DNA from: Orbicella franksi
Taxonomy: Eukaryota
Reading direction: 5' to 3'
Assembly (NCBI GenBank): GCA_964199315.1
Contig: OZ116710.1
Coordinates: forward strand, 1,984,001-2,048,000
Length of the DNA stretch: 64,000 nucleotides
How positions within the stretch are numbered: position 1 is the first letter of the stretch; every line of letters starts with the position of its first letter. A program made the translations under genes and the position numbers. Shown piece after piece: positions 11,601-24,244 of this stretch. The notes under the pieces were generated by a model. It had not been told where the DNA came from, did no database searches, and worked only from the letters and a program-made list of their open reading frames with translations.

Positions 11601-14536
11601 AAAACTGGGGGAATATCCGAGAATATTCCCCAATTTTCAAGACTGTTCGTGTTGCGAAAAATATTTGAAGGTTAAAAAACATGATAGCCTCCACTAGGCA
11701 CGAAATATGCTTGGATATTTGTCCTTGGACATTATCTGTTCCTCAAAGCTCACAGTTTTCCTTGAGCTTTGCTCTCAGAAAACTGTTCACTTCCGGGAAC
11801 AGATAATGTCCGTGAACAAATATCCGAGCATACAATGTATTTCTGTGCCAAAAGGAGGCTATTGTTTACTTTTTCCAGTATGAAAGAAAGTCTCATCCAG
11901 GAGGCAGTGGATTGTGCCATCAGGATAATGAATTCTATCCTTTGCCAGTGAAGCTCTTTGGGAAAAGTTTCTTAGATAAAAAATTTCAAATTACAGAATT
12001 TCTGTAGAAGATGAAATTATGTTAGTATTAGTTCAATTTGAAATTAATTGATTAGGTAAGTTTTTCCTGGTGCACATTGGGTCAGTGGGGGGTTGGAGGA
12101 GTAGTACAGATGCCATTCAGGCTAGCACATTGTTACCACTTGTGTTCTCTAACACTGATTGATGATTTTATTTCAAAGCTTCTTCCATGTGATATAAGAG
12201 GTGACTACCTTCCCATGTTAACAGACTTCCTAACAACAGACAATAATAGGAATTGGAGGTTCCGTTTTGAGCTGGCGGAGTAAGTTTTTTTCCCTTCCTT
12301 ACAATAGTTGTTTTGTTTACTGTTTTGAAGCTATTCTTGTCTCTTGGAGCTTCCAAAATTTCTGTCTGGAATTATGGTTTTTCTATAGGCAATATAAATG
12401 TAACACCGTGCCAACTTGGTAATTTTATTTCCGGTTTCAGACAGCTGATGGCACTCTGTGAGCTTTATGAACCCAAGCAAGTTCTTCTGTTTATCTGTCC
12501 TATTGCCATTTCACTTGCAACTGACAGAGTGGCTGATGTCAGAACAATAGCATTTAAACTGGTCAGTATTGTTACTAACAAGACATCTGTCAACTTATTA
12601 ACATACATGTACTTATTTTGTTTGTTGTAAATTACGTCAAGTGAAAAATTATTATTTTTTGCCCGCTCTACACAACACTGTCACTTGTACATGCATATCG
12701 TGTAGGTCTTATGATTTCAAATCAACAAATTTAAATTAATTTTTCATGTAGTTTAAGGATCTATTGTGTATATAAATTGATGTAATTGTTCTCCATTGCT
12801 TTTTTTTAGTAACTGCATCGTTTAAATTTTCCTACTTGTACTTTAGATTGGCGTTTTACTGCAAAGGCTTCACAGCTGTCCTGAAGAGGGACCAGCACAT
12901 AAATATGTCTGTGATATCATCAATAAGTTTGCTCACAGTCCACAGTGGACCAGGCGACAAGCGTAAGTTTCTTTCTTTAAGTTAGTATGTATTGTACATG
13001 TACTTCACATATTGCATTATGAGTATATACATGTATTGTTTAAATAGTAGTTTTTATAGTGTGATAAGCTGGTTGAGGGAAGGACTCTGTTTTGCAAACC
13101 TGAGAAAAAGTCATGTTGAGAGTGACTTTTTTTTATAGGTTGTCACAGCTTCAACCATACATCCTTAGTTTACTTGTGTAGCAGCATGATAGTAAACCTT
13201 GTATCCCACAGTTACAGTTGGTCTAGGCTTTATGGATACCCAAACAACATAGGACCCTAATGGACACACTCTCGACTTTCACCAAATTCTCACAACTTAA
13301 ATGTATAACAAGTGTAATCTTTTTGCTGGACAGAGGCTTGCTTTTCTTCAAACAGAACTGTCAGGGCCATAACCTGTCACACCTGTGACAGCTGAGTATG
13401 TGTGGTGGGCCCTTGATGTTACGAGTGAAATTGTTTCTTGTTGGTACATGTAAAATTCACCCACAAGGTAACAGTGTGAAGATCACAGCAACAGTTTACT
13501 CAAAGCATGACAGCCTAGTCAAAGATCTTAACACTTTTTTTTTTATTCATAGGTATGCACAGCTCTGCCAAAATCTATTGGAAGAGAATGTTGAATCTGG
13601 AGAACAGTTTAGCAAAGAGTTTTTACCAAGCCTGTTATTTCTTCTCTCTGATCCTGTTCCAAATGTGAGACTTAGTCTAGCCAGGACTTTGTCACAAGGT
13701 GTCTTATTATCAGGTACATTTCATTTCAAACACAGCATATCATTTGGGAGGTTCTCTCTCTCTCCTCTGCAGAGACTCCATAGGGGACAGGGAGGTCCCC
13801 TCTCAGCTTTGAAACTTCCAGCCTACATGGTCAAGGCAACACAAAAGAGGCCTTTGCAGAGGAGAGAGAAAAGTTAATAGATAACTTGGTGCCTTCCTTT
13901 GTTCTAAGGTTGACCTGCATGTGTGATGGCAACGTCTAACAATATTGCTTTCACTTTGTCCTAACATAGCACATAGTTATCTCTTTACTTTCTTCCTGTT
14001 GTGCAGATTACTTTAAAGAAACAGATAGTGAAGGAAAAGATGCTGTTCACTCTGCTATACAAAGGCTTCAACGGGACCCAGACAGGGACGTTCGGTACTT
14101 TGCAGGTGTTGAGGAAGATGCATTAGATTTAACATATGAAGGCCATGTCACGTCTTTACATACAGCACAGGACCACTATCAAGATATGAGCTATGACCCA
14201 GAGGAAGATTTAGAACTTGACAATCAAACACCAGGTGATGGAGAGAACAGAGTGGAAGACTTAAATGAAACATGTGGTGATAACCTAGAGAGTAGAACTG
14301 AAACAACTGAACAACTAGATGATTTTGATCAGACTGTCACAGAAGAGGTGTCATCCATTGGCGCTCTTGTTGATACAGATTTGGAAAGTACAACACAAGA
14401 ATTTGAAGAAAATGAAAGGAGGGTAGATTTAGAATCTCAAGGCGACAGTGATCAAGAACAGATAGGTGGTGAGAATTCTGATGATGGAACAAGATCTACT
14501 GAGGAAACAGAACAACAAGAAAATGAGGTACAGTAA
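2661..14536 (+). CDS. PPP4R1: Serine/threonine-protein phosphatase 4 regulatory subunit 1 (HEAT-repeat), 21 exons, about 1041 aa
   Basis: Exons: 2661-2667, 2732-2788, 2911-3028, 3148-3251, 4509-4648, 5301-5361, 5924-6009, 6297-6401, 7095-7160, 7277-7327, 7985-8092, 8455-8654, 9072-9717, 10180-10365, 10867-10986, 11256-11297, 12179-12279, 12441-12561, 12847-12962, 13553-13713, 14007-14536. All introns are GT-AG and phases are consistent (3126 nt). PP4R1 motifs: EPSVRVELMEQVPH, VRKTSQAALL, VWGVRKACAECF, YQSLGPFISTFA, WRTPLP, HCAFSLPAVTLTLGRKNW, WKVRRTLAFSIHELA, NWRFRFELAEQL, DPDRDVRYFA. Confidence 0.93.
8195..8375 (-). mobile_element. Degenerate tRNA-derived SINE body in a PPP4R1 intron
   Basis: tacccatttatactc...ctgggtggagagagtcactctgaga...cccaagaacac matches the SINE body also seen at about 63370-63545. 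Confidence 0.5.
11515..11850. mobile_element. Palindromic MITE-like repeat in a PPP4R1 intron
   Basis: Imperfect inverted repeat atatgcttggatatttgtccttggacattatctgttcc (about 11706-11743) versus ggaacagataatgtccgtgaacaaatatccgagcata (about 11796-11832). Confidence 0.6.
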
Positions 14537-14570
14537 TTTGACACTTAAGCCACTCTACCCTGTCTAAATA

Positions 14571-14982
14571 CAGTAAAAACCTGCATGTAAGAACATATAT
14601 TTTTTGAAGTCTGGCAAGATAGGTTCTTATAATTTGGGGTAGTTATTGGTAATTTAGGCTAAGTAGGTTCTTAATTTCTCTGAAGGAGATATTGTTGTTG
14701 ATTACCAGAAAAATAAATGAACTTGGGTTTGGTCCTGAAATATACGGTATTTAGCCACAATTGTATAATGTACACATATTTCCTTGTAGTATAAATTTGC
14801 AGTGTCAAAGTCACACTCCATGGTTAAAATGTTTATCATAATTTAGCTGTAATCCATATAATAATAAGAACCTGCTTGATCTTGCTTGGCTAAACAGGTT
14901 CTTCTATTTTTGGGTAATAACATGGCAAACTTTTGCCAGCAGGTTCTTAAACCACTAGGTTCTTACATATGGGTTTTCACTA
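14571..14982. mobile_element. Pogo/Tc1-like MITE with TA flanks
   Basis: Degenerate TIRs CAGTAAAAACCTGCATGTAAGAAC / GTTCTTACATATGGGTTTTCACTA, flanked by TA. Internal GGTTCTTA repeats. Confidence 0.6.
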
Positions 14983-15030
14983 TAACTTGCCTTAATTGTG
15001 TGGAATTTACATTTTGACAGTGATGAACAA

Positions 15031-15225
15031 GTACAGTGGAACCCAGCCTAATGGCCACTGTGTTAATATGGCCACCTTGTTATTACGGCCACGTTATTCT
15101 GGCCTGAACAAAAGTTCAGTCAGTCATTTTCTCATTTAGAGAACCCCTTTAATGCAGACACGCAGTTAATATGGCCAGATTTTTAGGGCCCACTGGTGAC
15201 CAGATTAACAGGGTTGTATAATTGT
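15031..15225. mobile_element. Degenerate TA-CAGTG MITE
   Basis: Begins tacagtggaaccc; repeated (a)atggccac / acggccac units; ends in taacagggttgtata. Confidence 0.4.
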
Positions 15226-15611
15226 TTCTTGTCTTAAGTGTTGCAGCAGTATTTACTAGAAGAAAATGAACAAAGTTTTAGAAAGGCTCACCCCTGGGTT
15301 GTATTTCTGCAACGATTTTCTCATTCTATCCCAAACTTCCACTCATGTTTTTAAAAAAACAGAAAATGTTATTCCCCTTGAATTTTGGATTGCCGAGGAT
15401 TACATGAGCAACTTCGTGTACACTGCACATGTAACTGCTTTGAGCATGAAAACAACAGGCATGACCTTGGCCATCAAGGGTAAAACATGTGGTTTTCATC
15501 TGTTGTTCAAGGGAAGGACACTTGTACCTTGTTTCATATGTAATAAATATAATGTTGATAAAACAATTGTATATCTACTAAACATTCTCTATTCTGTATT
15601 TTGACATGCAG

Positions 15612-15665
15612 GAACTACCAGAATCATCTGACCCACTGCAAGAATTAGTGTGGCAGAACTCTTGA
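15612..15665 (+). CDS. PPP4R1: Candidate alternative terminal coding exon of PPP4R1 (ELPESSDPLQELVWQNS*)
   Basis: Phase-0 donor GAG|GTACAG at 14527/14528 and acceptor ATGCAG at 15611 join in frame. The intervening sequence contains two MITEs, as an intron might. Confidence 0.45.
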   Translation, partial: ELPESSDPLQELVWQNS

Positions 15666-18600
15666 GTTTCTCTCCAATTAACAAGTGGCTTCCCAACTTA
15701 ATCAAATGTACATTTTCTGAGATATTCAGCTGGCATAGCAACCAAATTCCTGTACATGAATGCATCTCAGAATTAATTTAATGCCCCGGGTTGCTTTGTT
15801 TTAAATGGGGTCTGTGAACTTTATATCGCTGAGTAGCAAGCAATTGAGTGATTCCCAGGGAGTTATTTTAATTAAACTAATTATTAGACTAGGTGTTAAA
15901 TAATTTATAAAAATGGTAGCAGTTAATTGTGGAAAGCATATATGAGACCATTTTTGTGAGAAATTTGAAGTTGTATTGTACAGTTGGATTTCATTGTGTA
16001 TATTTCATTTTGATTGTGTTGTCATTAAATTAAGAGTTCAGTGCTGTGTAAAACCTATTGCATGCACATTCTGCTATCAGAAATTTTATAATGTTGATTT
16101 GATACTGACATCTTTAATTTAAGTATATTTTGAACATGATACATACTATGACTGTATATGCAGAGTTTCTGAACTGAGTTTGGATTTTGATTTATTCAAG
16201 AGTTTCTTTAAAACTAACTAAAAAATATTATTGTACCGTTTTTAATGGGAATAATCTATTTTCTGGGAAATATCAGTGGAAATGAACTAAAACAGTCTAT
16301 ATTCTTTTAATACAAACAGAATAGTTATAGGGCAATCCTTTCTGTGACAATCTGACCAAGGAATACAACTGCAAACTCAATCAACAGAAGCATGATTTTT
16401 TTCTTTTATTTTAAAGTGGCAAGGAATTTTAGCACAGTGACTAAGTTTGTTTCATTCCAACAGAAAGTGGATGTTAAGAGAAAAACTGTGTTCAAGCCAA
16501 TGATTAGGGGGTGCGATAAATCACATGAGACACACATTATTAGTTTTTGGCACTTAAGGGATGACTGCAATACACCAATTAAATGTAGATCACACATCAA
16601 CGATGTCATTTAAATCTGTACCTTTGTCTATTTACTCTCCATTTACAGTGTGACTGTGATCTTATGTGTTGACAGGCACAATGAGGATTACCAAGTTACA
16701 GTGTGACTTCTGCAACCAACGACACCTGACAAAATTCTTATTAAACATTATTGTGAAAAGCTGTTGGTCAATTTGCAAAGAATTTGCCTGGATGGCTTTG
16801 GTTGGAGTTGCCTTGCTGTAAGTTATCATTCCTCACTGGGGATGTACACGCACAAGGCTCTTGTCACCTTGGTGATAATCAAATATCTGTCACGCAGAGT
16901 AACTATTCTTGACTCCTTATCTATCATCTGGCTTTTAGATTTATTGCGATCACGCATCAAAAGTCATTACTATAAATTTGAACTTCAAGAGTATTTTCTT
17001 TATACTTGTCAACAGTACGCTCACTATATTTACAATTTGTATAATTTTCAGACGTACTTTCTACTCTAGTATATTAATTATTTTTGGAATGAATAGTTAG
17101 TGTTCATGTCTCTGAAACAAGGAATTCAACAAAATGTTCATACTTCTCAAACCATATTTCAATGTTTACACCCATTAATATCAGATTCTTTTTGTTAGTC
17201 TAATTTGCCAACAGTCACAAGCTTCCTGTTTGGCACATACAGTAAATGACATCAACTGTCATGAGACTGATCTGCAATACAAAGGAACACTATAATTCCA
17301 GCTGCTGAATATGTAATATTATGACCAAATTTATTTGGTTCTTATTGTTTGCCAATTTGTATACATTGTGTTAATAATGAGTACATGTGGTTGAATAAAA
17401 ATTTCCAGAAATTATAATTGTGCTGTCAGATCTTGATTCCTTGGTCCTTTTGAGCTTAAACAGACATCATGTTCCTTCTGGTAAGAAAAACAGTGGGGTG
17501 AAAAGGACACTTGTTTCCCAGGTCTGAGAAAAATCTAAATTCTTAATTTGAATTCAGCCAGGTAAATTTCCAATATTTATTAATATTAACATTATTTATT
17601 TTTTCAAACAAACTGCAGGTCGTTGCTTGTGTTACTTTCAGTACACTTGTTTCCTCCAAAAGAAACTATACCATTTACAATAACCAGATTATAAGCTTTC
17701 AAATTCTATTCAACAATTAGATTAGACTATGAGCTTTAGATTTCTGTCACGTGATAGTTGGTGAGAGGTCAGCCTGAGTCAACTATCAAGCATAGAAATC
17801 AAGTTTTAGAATAGATCTGACTACTAGTTGTTTAAAACGTTATCTAAATACTCTTCACAGACCCTTTGAAAATGCAAAGAAGTGGCCACCGGTTTGTTAA
17901 CAACTGCACACTGCTGTGCCACTCTCTACCATCAACAGAATAGAAGTGAGATAGTGTAGCCAATCAGAGAGCCCTAGTAGATTTATACTAAGAGGTGATT
18001 GCTACTATTGCCTCACAGAAATTGAGCAAATAATCTAATAGTTATTGTTTCAGTAATTCTAACTGAAATGTACTAAGGTTTCCACTTATTTCACCACATA
18101 GTTTTAACATTCATACTTTCAAAGACACTCTGGATTTGCAGTCATGTTTGTGAACTGTCTTTTTTTTTTTTCACAATTTAAGTTTTTGAAGTCATGAAAC
18201 TGAATGTCCTTCTATTAACCTTGTCAGGATTTAATCATCCATTTTTTTTTAAACATTCCTGCAAAGGTTTGGGAAAATGGAAAAAAAATAGACATTCCAT
18301 AGACAGCTTACAGCCACTGCACAATTCACAATTGTTTCACTGGCGAGTGTTGGATATGAAAATGGTAGATAGTCAACAAGGTGCATGGTGCCAAGTTGGC
18401 TATAATCATCTTGTATCCAATAGGCAGGAGTGGAATAATTGTTTTATTTAAACAAAATACCCAAAATATAGAAAACTGAAATAAAAATAAACAGCCCAGG
18501 AAATCACGCACACGCTTACCATATTTGTAGAGCGTGGTATAATGGCTCATAACCCATGATGGCTAAGCCAATGAAAACTCTCAAATTGCATTATTCAATG

Positions 18601-20252
18601 ATCCAGGGTTTAATATCAGATGATAGCTCAGCCAATCACATTGCAATATTTGCATTGTATACTACTGGTAGGCTTCTACAAACACCCTGTGAGAAAGTGC
18701 ATGCTAAAAGGGGTACTTCTTTAACTCAATAAGACACAAGCCATTGTCATCATGGCACACTCAAAGAGAATTAACATTTTATAACCAAAAATGAAAAAGA
18801 GATTTCCCTTTCTTGTCCTCTGTTTTCTGGAAGAAACAAAGTGTTTTCTCCATGTTTTAACACTCATGAAAGTTTGGGAGGACTTGAAAAAGGTTCACAG
18901 AGCATGTGGTTCATGTTACTGCAGCATTTCTCACTGCTCCCAAATCTTTACTCCTGTTTCCATTACTCAGTAGAACCATGAAGAAAATAAAATTTTGGCT
19001 TAACTTTGAGTTGAGCAGTCAGTTTCTGGTCAGTGAACAGTCTGAGATTTTTTTGTTTTGCAAGAGGCAACAACTCTACTTGATGCTGTTTTGGGATGAA
19101 AGCAACTCTTGGCAGGGAGTCAAAGAGAACTACTGAAAATTACAAGACTTGAATTAGTCAGTCTACTGACAGAGGAACAACCATCATCACAAATGATGTC
19201 AAAATTTGGTAAGAACATCAATCAATGACAAACCCGCCTAAAGGCTTGTGTGCCACATTTTTGTTTTAGCAACATCTTGATGTAATCTGTGATCTATTAG
19301 ATAGATCACAGATTACAGCAATAACTAGAAATAGCATTAGAAATAGATAGAAATAGCACTATATAAATAAAGTAATATTAGTATCATTATTACTGAACAG
19401 ATGCGTGGATACCTGGAAAGAGCCTGCACATGAAGCAAGTGAAAATAACAGAAATCAATGAAAGCTGGGAGCATTTTTGCTTATCACTTCAACTGAACTG
19501 TCAGTTACCCCCACTAAATTTGAGGAGGCAAGCCAAAATTTCAACACCCCAAAAGAAGAAAGATCAAATTGTTGATCAAATGCACCTCGGAAATAACCCA
19601 ATCTTTCTTTAACCCCTCGAGAAAAGTTAAATTTTCAACACCAGAAAATATCTTGAAAAAATCAGGCAATGTTGATGGAGCAGCCTTCTCAGAAATGGAG
19701 TTTGTAGCCCCTTTAGAAACTGGGACAGCAGGTGAAATTGCCATTAAAATATGCACCCCCCCCCCTCCCCTCCATCTCCACCGAAAAATGTGAATAATCA
19801 AATACCGCATTAAGGTAGGTAAAACCACTCAACACAACTATTTAAACATTGAACATTGCATTTATAAAGTCATAAAAATAACATCAATGTCCCTGATCGA
19901 TACTGCAGAGATAAACGGAATTTTCCCTCACTTCTGTCCTCTGAAATGTTCAGACAAACCGTGAGATGTTCAAACAAAGTGCTCGGTTAACTGAATTGAC
20001 AAATTATCCACAATTCAAGCAAAAGAAAAACAAAAAGCTTATTTTCTTATAGTTTATCTGTAACTCGATATTGAAATTCATAGCGTGCGAACGCTAGTTC
20101 TTAAAATGTCTTGCATTAAGTCTTAATTATTTACTGTCTCAAGCTGTACAAGTCGATAGCAATGAAATAGCAATGAAGTTCTTTCCCTTGAAGATTTTGC
20201 GAACTCAACGGCCGGGTTGGGAAACTTATGAACTTAAGTTTAAATTCGAATT

Positions 20253-20639
20253 CTAGTGCGCGGCCTTGCTTCCTTTCTCAGATTTTTTAGGTAACAACAC
20301 AGCCTGAATGTTTGGCAGCACGCCTCCCTGAGCAATTGTGACACCAGCCAACAACTTGTTCAGTTCCTCGTCGTTTCGAACAGCCAGCTGAAGATGACGG
20401 GGAATGATTCTTGACTTTTTGTTGTCTCTAGCAGCATTCCCAGCCAGTTCTAGTATTTCTGCCGACAGGTATTCTAATACGGCGGCCATGTAAACGGGAG
20501 CTCCAGCGCCAACTCGTTCTGCGTAATTTCCCTTTCGTAGCAAACGGTGAATTCTGCCGACGGGAAACTGCAAACCAGCTCTTGAAGAACGTGTTTTCGA
20601 CTTACTTCCCTTCGCTTTGCCTTTACCGCGTCCAGACAT
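20253..20639 (-). CDS. H2A: Histone H2A, intronless, 128 aa
   Basis: [11 protein letters not shown]...[30 protein letters not shown]...[20 protein letters not shown]. No SQ(E/D)Y H2A.X tail and no H2A.Z signature. Confidence 0.98.
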   Translation of the reverse strand: MSGRGKGKAKGSKSKTRSSRAGLQFPVGRIHRLLRKGNYAERVGAGAPVYMAAVLEYLSAEILELAGNAARDNKKSRIIPRHLQLAVRNDEELNKLLAGVTIAQGGVLPNIQAVLLPKKSEKGSKAAH

Positions 20640-21026
20640 GTCTAGTTTGGTTTATTTTCACTCTGACACGTACACGATGGAGTAAGACGTAAGACGTAAT
20701 ACAGTTGAAAGTACGAACTTGTGGTGATATGATGAATATTTCATCTATGTTTACATCGGAGGATCGACTGCTACGATTTCTATCCAATCAAATCACGCGA
20801 AGTAAAGGGAAGTCAAAAGGGCAACATCGCTTCTTGTTTCCTCAGAGGTCCGTAGGTTAAAACAACCAATCACATTGTAGAATTTTCGATCCTGGGACAT
20901 GTCGATCTCAGGGCAACGAAATATAAATAACAGAACGGTTGCCATTGCCCGTGTTTCTATGAATAATAACTACTGCATTTAGTCGATAGTTCTGGGCATA
21001 TTCACCGACGAGGGAAGTTTATTCAA
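20640..21026. promoter_or_regulatory. Bidirectional H2A/H2B promoter
   Basis: 387 bp between divergent ATGs. CCAAT at 20784-20788 and 20866-20870; TATAAATA at 20922-20929; GATCC motifs on both strands (20888-20892 plus, 20761-20765 minus). Confidence 0.6.
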
Positions 21027-21398
21027 ATGCCTCCAAAAGGGAGCGGTAAAAAAAGCGAGAAGAGCCCAGGGAAAAAGCCAGCTCTTCCAGGCGAGAAGAA
21101 AGTCAGACACAAGAAGCGACGGGAGAGCTACGCGACATACATTTACAAAGTCCTCAAACAAGTTCACCCAGACACTGGTATATCGACCAAAGCTATGAGC
21201 ATCATGAACTCGTTTGTAAATGATATTTTTGAGAGAATAGCAGCGGAAGCCTCTCGTCTGGCTCACTACAATAAAAAGTCGACCATTTCTTCACGTGAAA
21301 TCCAAACAGCTGTTCGCTTGTTGTTACCCGGCGAGTTGGCCAAGCATGCTGTCAGTGAGGGGACAAAAGCCGTCACAAAATACACCAGCAGCAAGTAA
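21027..21398 (+). CDS. H2B: Histone H2B, intronless, 123 aa, divergent N-terminal tail
   Basis: [93 protein letters not shown]. Confidence 0.98.
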   Translation: MPPKGSGKKSEKSPGKKPALPGEKKVRHKKRRESYATYIYKVLKQVHPDTGISTKAMSIMNSFVNDIFERIAAEASRLAHYNKKSTISSREIQTAVRLLLPGELAKHAVSEGTKAVTKYTSSK

Positions 21399-21568
21399 AC
21401 GAACCGTGTCAATTTCGCTTGGTAGATGTTCTCTTAGATATAAAAGTTTCTGTCGGAACTTTGCCTTCGGCAAGTAAGTTGAAGTACGTTCGGGTCTCAG
21501 TCATGGGAAACGGCAAGCGCTAGAAGCGTTGCGTGACATACAATTATTTGTAACGCAGTTCAAAAACA

Positions 21569-21880
21569 GTTGTATGAAATAGGACCTCAGTTTTACTTAT
21601 TTGCGAGCAGTGTTTTTGGTAGGGATTTTTTGTTTGTGGTTGTGTCGTAACTGCGACTTGAACAACATTGTTTTGTTGGTAACATAGCCCCCTCTCGTAC
21701 TAATAGATGGGGTGTGGTCGCTTCAAGGGTTGTATGAAGAAGAACTTCATGTGTACTTATTTGCGAGCGATGTTTTTGGTATGTTTTTTTTTTGTTTGTG
21801 GTTGTGTCATAACTGCAACTTGAACAACATTGTTTTGTTGTTAACATGTCCCCCACTCGTACTCGTAGATGGGGTGTGGT
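21569..21880. repeat. About 160-bp tandem duplication (2 copies)
   Basis: gttgtatgaa at 21569 and 21729; tacttatttgcgagc at 21594 and 21754; ggggtgtggt at 21709 and 21871. Confidence 0.85.
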
Positions 21881-22036
21881 AGATTTAATTTTGTACAAAT
21901 TTGCTGTGCCTCGAAAGTTAGACGGCATGTTATAAAATAAATCTTCAGAAGTGATCATTTGATCGGCAATAAACAAATTGGGCGGGCAATGAAGAAAAAG
22001 CTTTCTTCTCGTGAGGCCCCACTAAGGCTCCGTTAA

Positions 22037-22235
22037 GGGGGTCTAAGTATTCCAAATCCCCTTAATTTTTGGCCTAAATATCTCATATCCCATTACACTT
22101 AATTCAAGATGCAGAAATTGGGCGTTTTTCCCGCTGAATAATCCCGCTTTATCTGACCAAGATATCCCATATTCCATTAATTTTTCCTTAAAATATCCTG
22201 TATCTCGTTATTTTTTTCCTAAATATCCTGTGTCT
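22037..22235. mobile_element. MITE with ATATCCC-type internal repeats (second copy at about 57500-57657)
   Basis: Both loci contain repeated aaatatccc/atatctcatatccc units and end in aaac(t/g)cctaata(t/g)gg. Confidence 0.45.
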
Positions 22236-24244
22236 CAAAACTCCTAATATGGGTGACGAAGTTGTTTTACATGTAACTCTACTTACTATTTTGGTAAGTT
22301 ATGAAAATTGTCTGATAAATCTTCAAAATAGATTTCAGGAGGATGCATCAGACATTAACATTGTACCGAAGTCTTGCTTCAAAAATGTGGAACGTCTAAA
22401 AAGATTCAAAATACAAACACATTCAATGTTACGTACATGGCGACTGTACTGCCACCTCTCGACATGCGATGTAACCTGGCCTACGTCAAAAATGTAAGCA
22501 CAACTGAGACTCTACTTTTAGTCATGAAAGATGGATTTATTTGACATCAAACTAAGGTTGGGAGTATCAAGAAAACACTGTGAGAGGTAAAGTGACTGTT
22601 TTGAATGCTTCTATCTTTCGAATATTAACTGAGCGGTTGCGGCGTAATTCTACCGGAAGTCCCCATTGAGAGCCGATCGACTAGACCAAAAATCGTTTGA
22701 ATTACCCCGTAAATTAGGAAACATACAAAGTCCACAATCTTCTTCATTCATTTGAGGTCAGTAATTATCATTTATTTGTCATTTGTTCCGCTAATAACCG
22801 AAAAGAATCGCCAGTTTTACAGTAAAACGGTCTTTCAGTCGTTCACGTATCATGTCGAAAGATGTCGCCTATGCACGTAACACTGAAAGAGGGTGTAGTA
22901 CTCGAAGAATCACCGCCCACGATTACTTGAAAAAAAAGCGCCGCCCCTGAGCATCTCTGTTAAAATGTAGAGCATGCGTATTCTTTCGGCACCGCTCTGC
23001 CTGTCAATATCCTTACTTTTGGGCAACCTCAAGTTCTCTGGCCTGCACAACCATTGCTTGGCTAGATGATATTATGACTTGACCAGGCCGGAGCCTGGGT
23101 CATGGGCTCCTGACTTGACTCGAACTACGCTGAGCAGGATTAGAGGGACGGAAAAGCTTGAGTAGGGCCTAGAGAATAGTTTTCTGATACTCCTGCCCAG
23201 TGCTATTTCAGCTTGCGTATAAACTGGTATGAAAAGAAGACAAATCACCCGTGAGCCAGGGGAGCGTTGAAAAACCGATAAGAGTATGAGATCCAACATG
23301 TAATTGCGAAGGCAAGATTCCTATTTGAGAAGAAAACCAAGTGTAGTCTAGGCCACAATTGGGTCAGAAAAAAAAATGTCTGAACACCTCAGGGAGTTGT
23401 CTTTCACTTTTTAACAAAGAATACGATCGAAACCGTATACAAAGTTTTGTATCGACTGCCCCATAGAGGCGTCAGCTGGTATTCAAGTAAACTTCGTGAT
23501 CAGTGGAAAAGTCAGTGCTTAACTGAAAAAAAAAGAAAATCAAAAAAGATCAAGTACCTGAGACGAATGCTGAACTGACCCAAACTGGAGATCCGCATGT
23601 GTTCTCCTGTTAATAGCCTGCCACTAATCCGCCTGTTCTGCAGGCTATCTGCCAAAGGTTGGCTTCTATATAAACCGCTACGATCGCTACCGGAACCTTT
23701 CTCATAGCGATCGATCATGACGATGATATGTAAGCCATATCAATGCAAAAAGTATATTAAAGGATTCCGGCGACATCAAAATTTTACCCTAGCGCTTTTC
23801 TGAACGGAAGTATTAAAGACTGTCGAAATGAAGTCTGTGACATGTCTTCAGCTTTTCAGGTGACTTTTATTTTAGCCTTCTTGCTGGTGGAAAAATTATG
23901 GTAATGTTAGTGTAAAACATATTTTGTAGGGTGACCGTATTTGCTAAGCAGCGGCGGCTAATTGTCCTGTTCATGTATATTGTGTTGCTAATTTTAAGTT
24001 TCGTCAATGCTTCATGACTTTTTCAAAAGTAGAAATTTCTTCGCTGTATAACTCGCTTTATAAATCTCAAAATGACGAACTAAAACCTTGATCCCAGGTT
24101 CTTCTATATTTTGAGAAAGGGTTTCACCTGGCTTGTACCTGTTGCGAAAATAAAGCGCTTCGATTTGAATCGGCTTTTCGCCCTCACAACACGTGGACGG
24201 ACCTTCGTCAAACCGCCTTCAGTTGAAGAAACTATTTTGCTACA

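Noticed and set aside
21461-21473. TTGCC-TTC-GGCAA hairpin after H2B as a histone stem-loop
   Set aside because: A 5-bp stem and 3-nt loop do not fit the 6-bp stem / 4-nt loop consensus.
21593-21976. 127-aa ORF with an internal repeat
   Set aside because: The repeat is the 160-bp DNA duplication. It has a non-ATG start and no domain.
23072-23299. 75-aa hydrophobic ORF
   Set aside because: No homology I recognise, no splice or paralog support, and a length compatible with chance.
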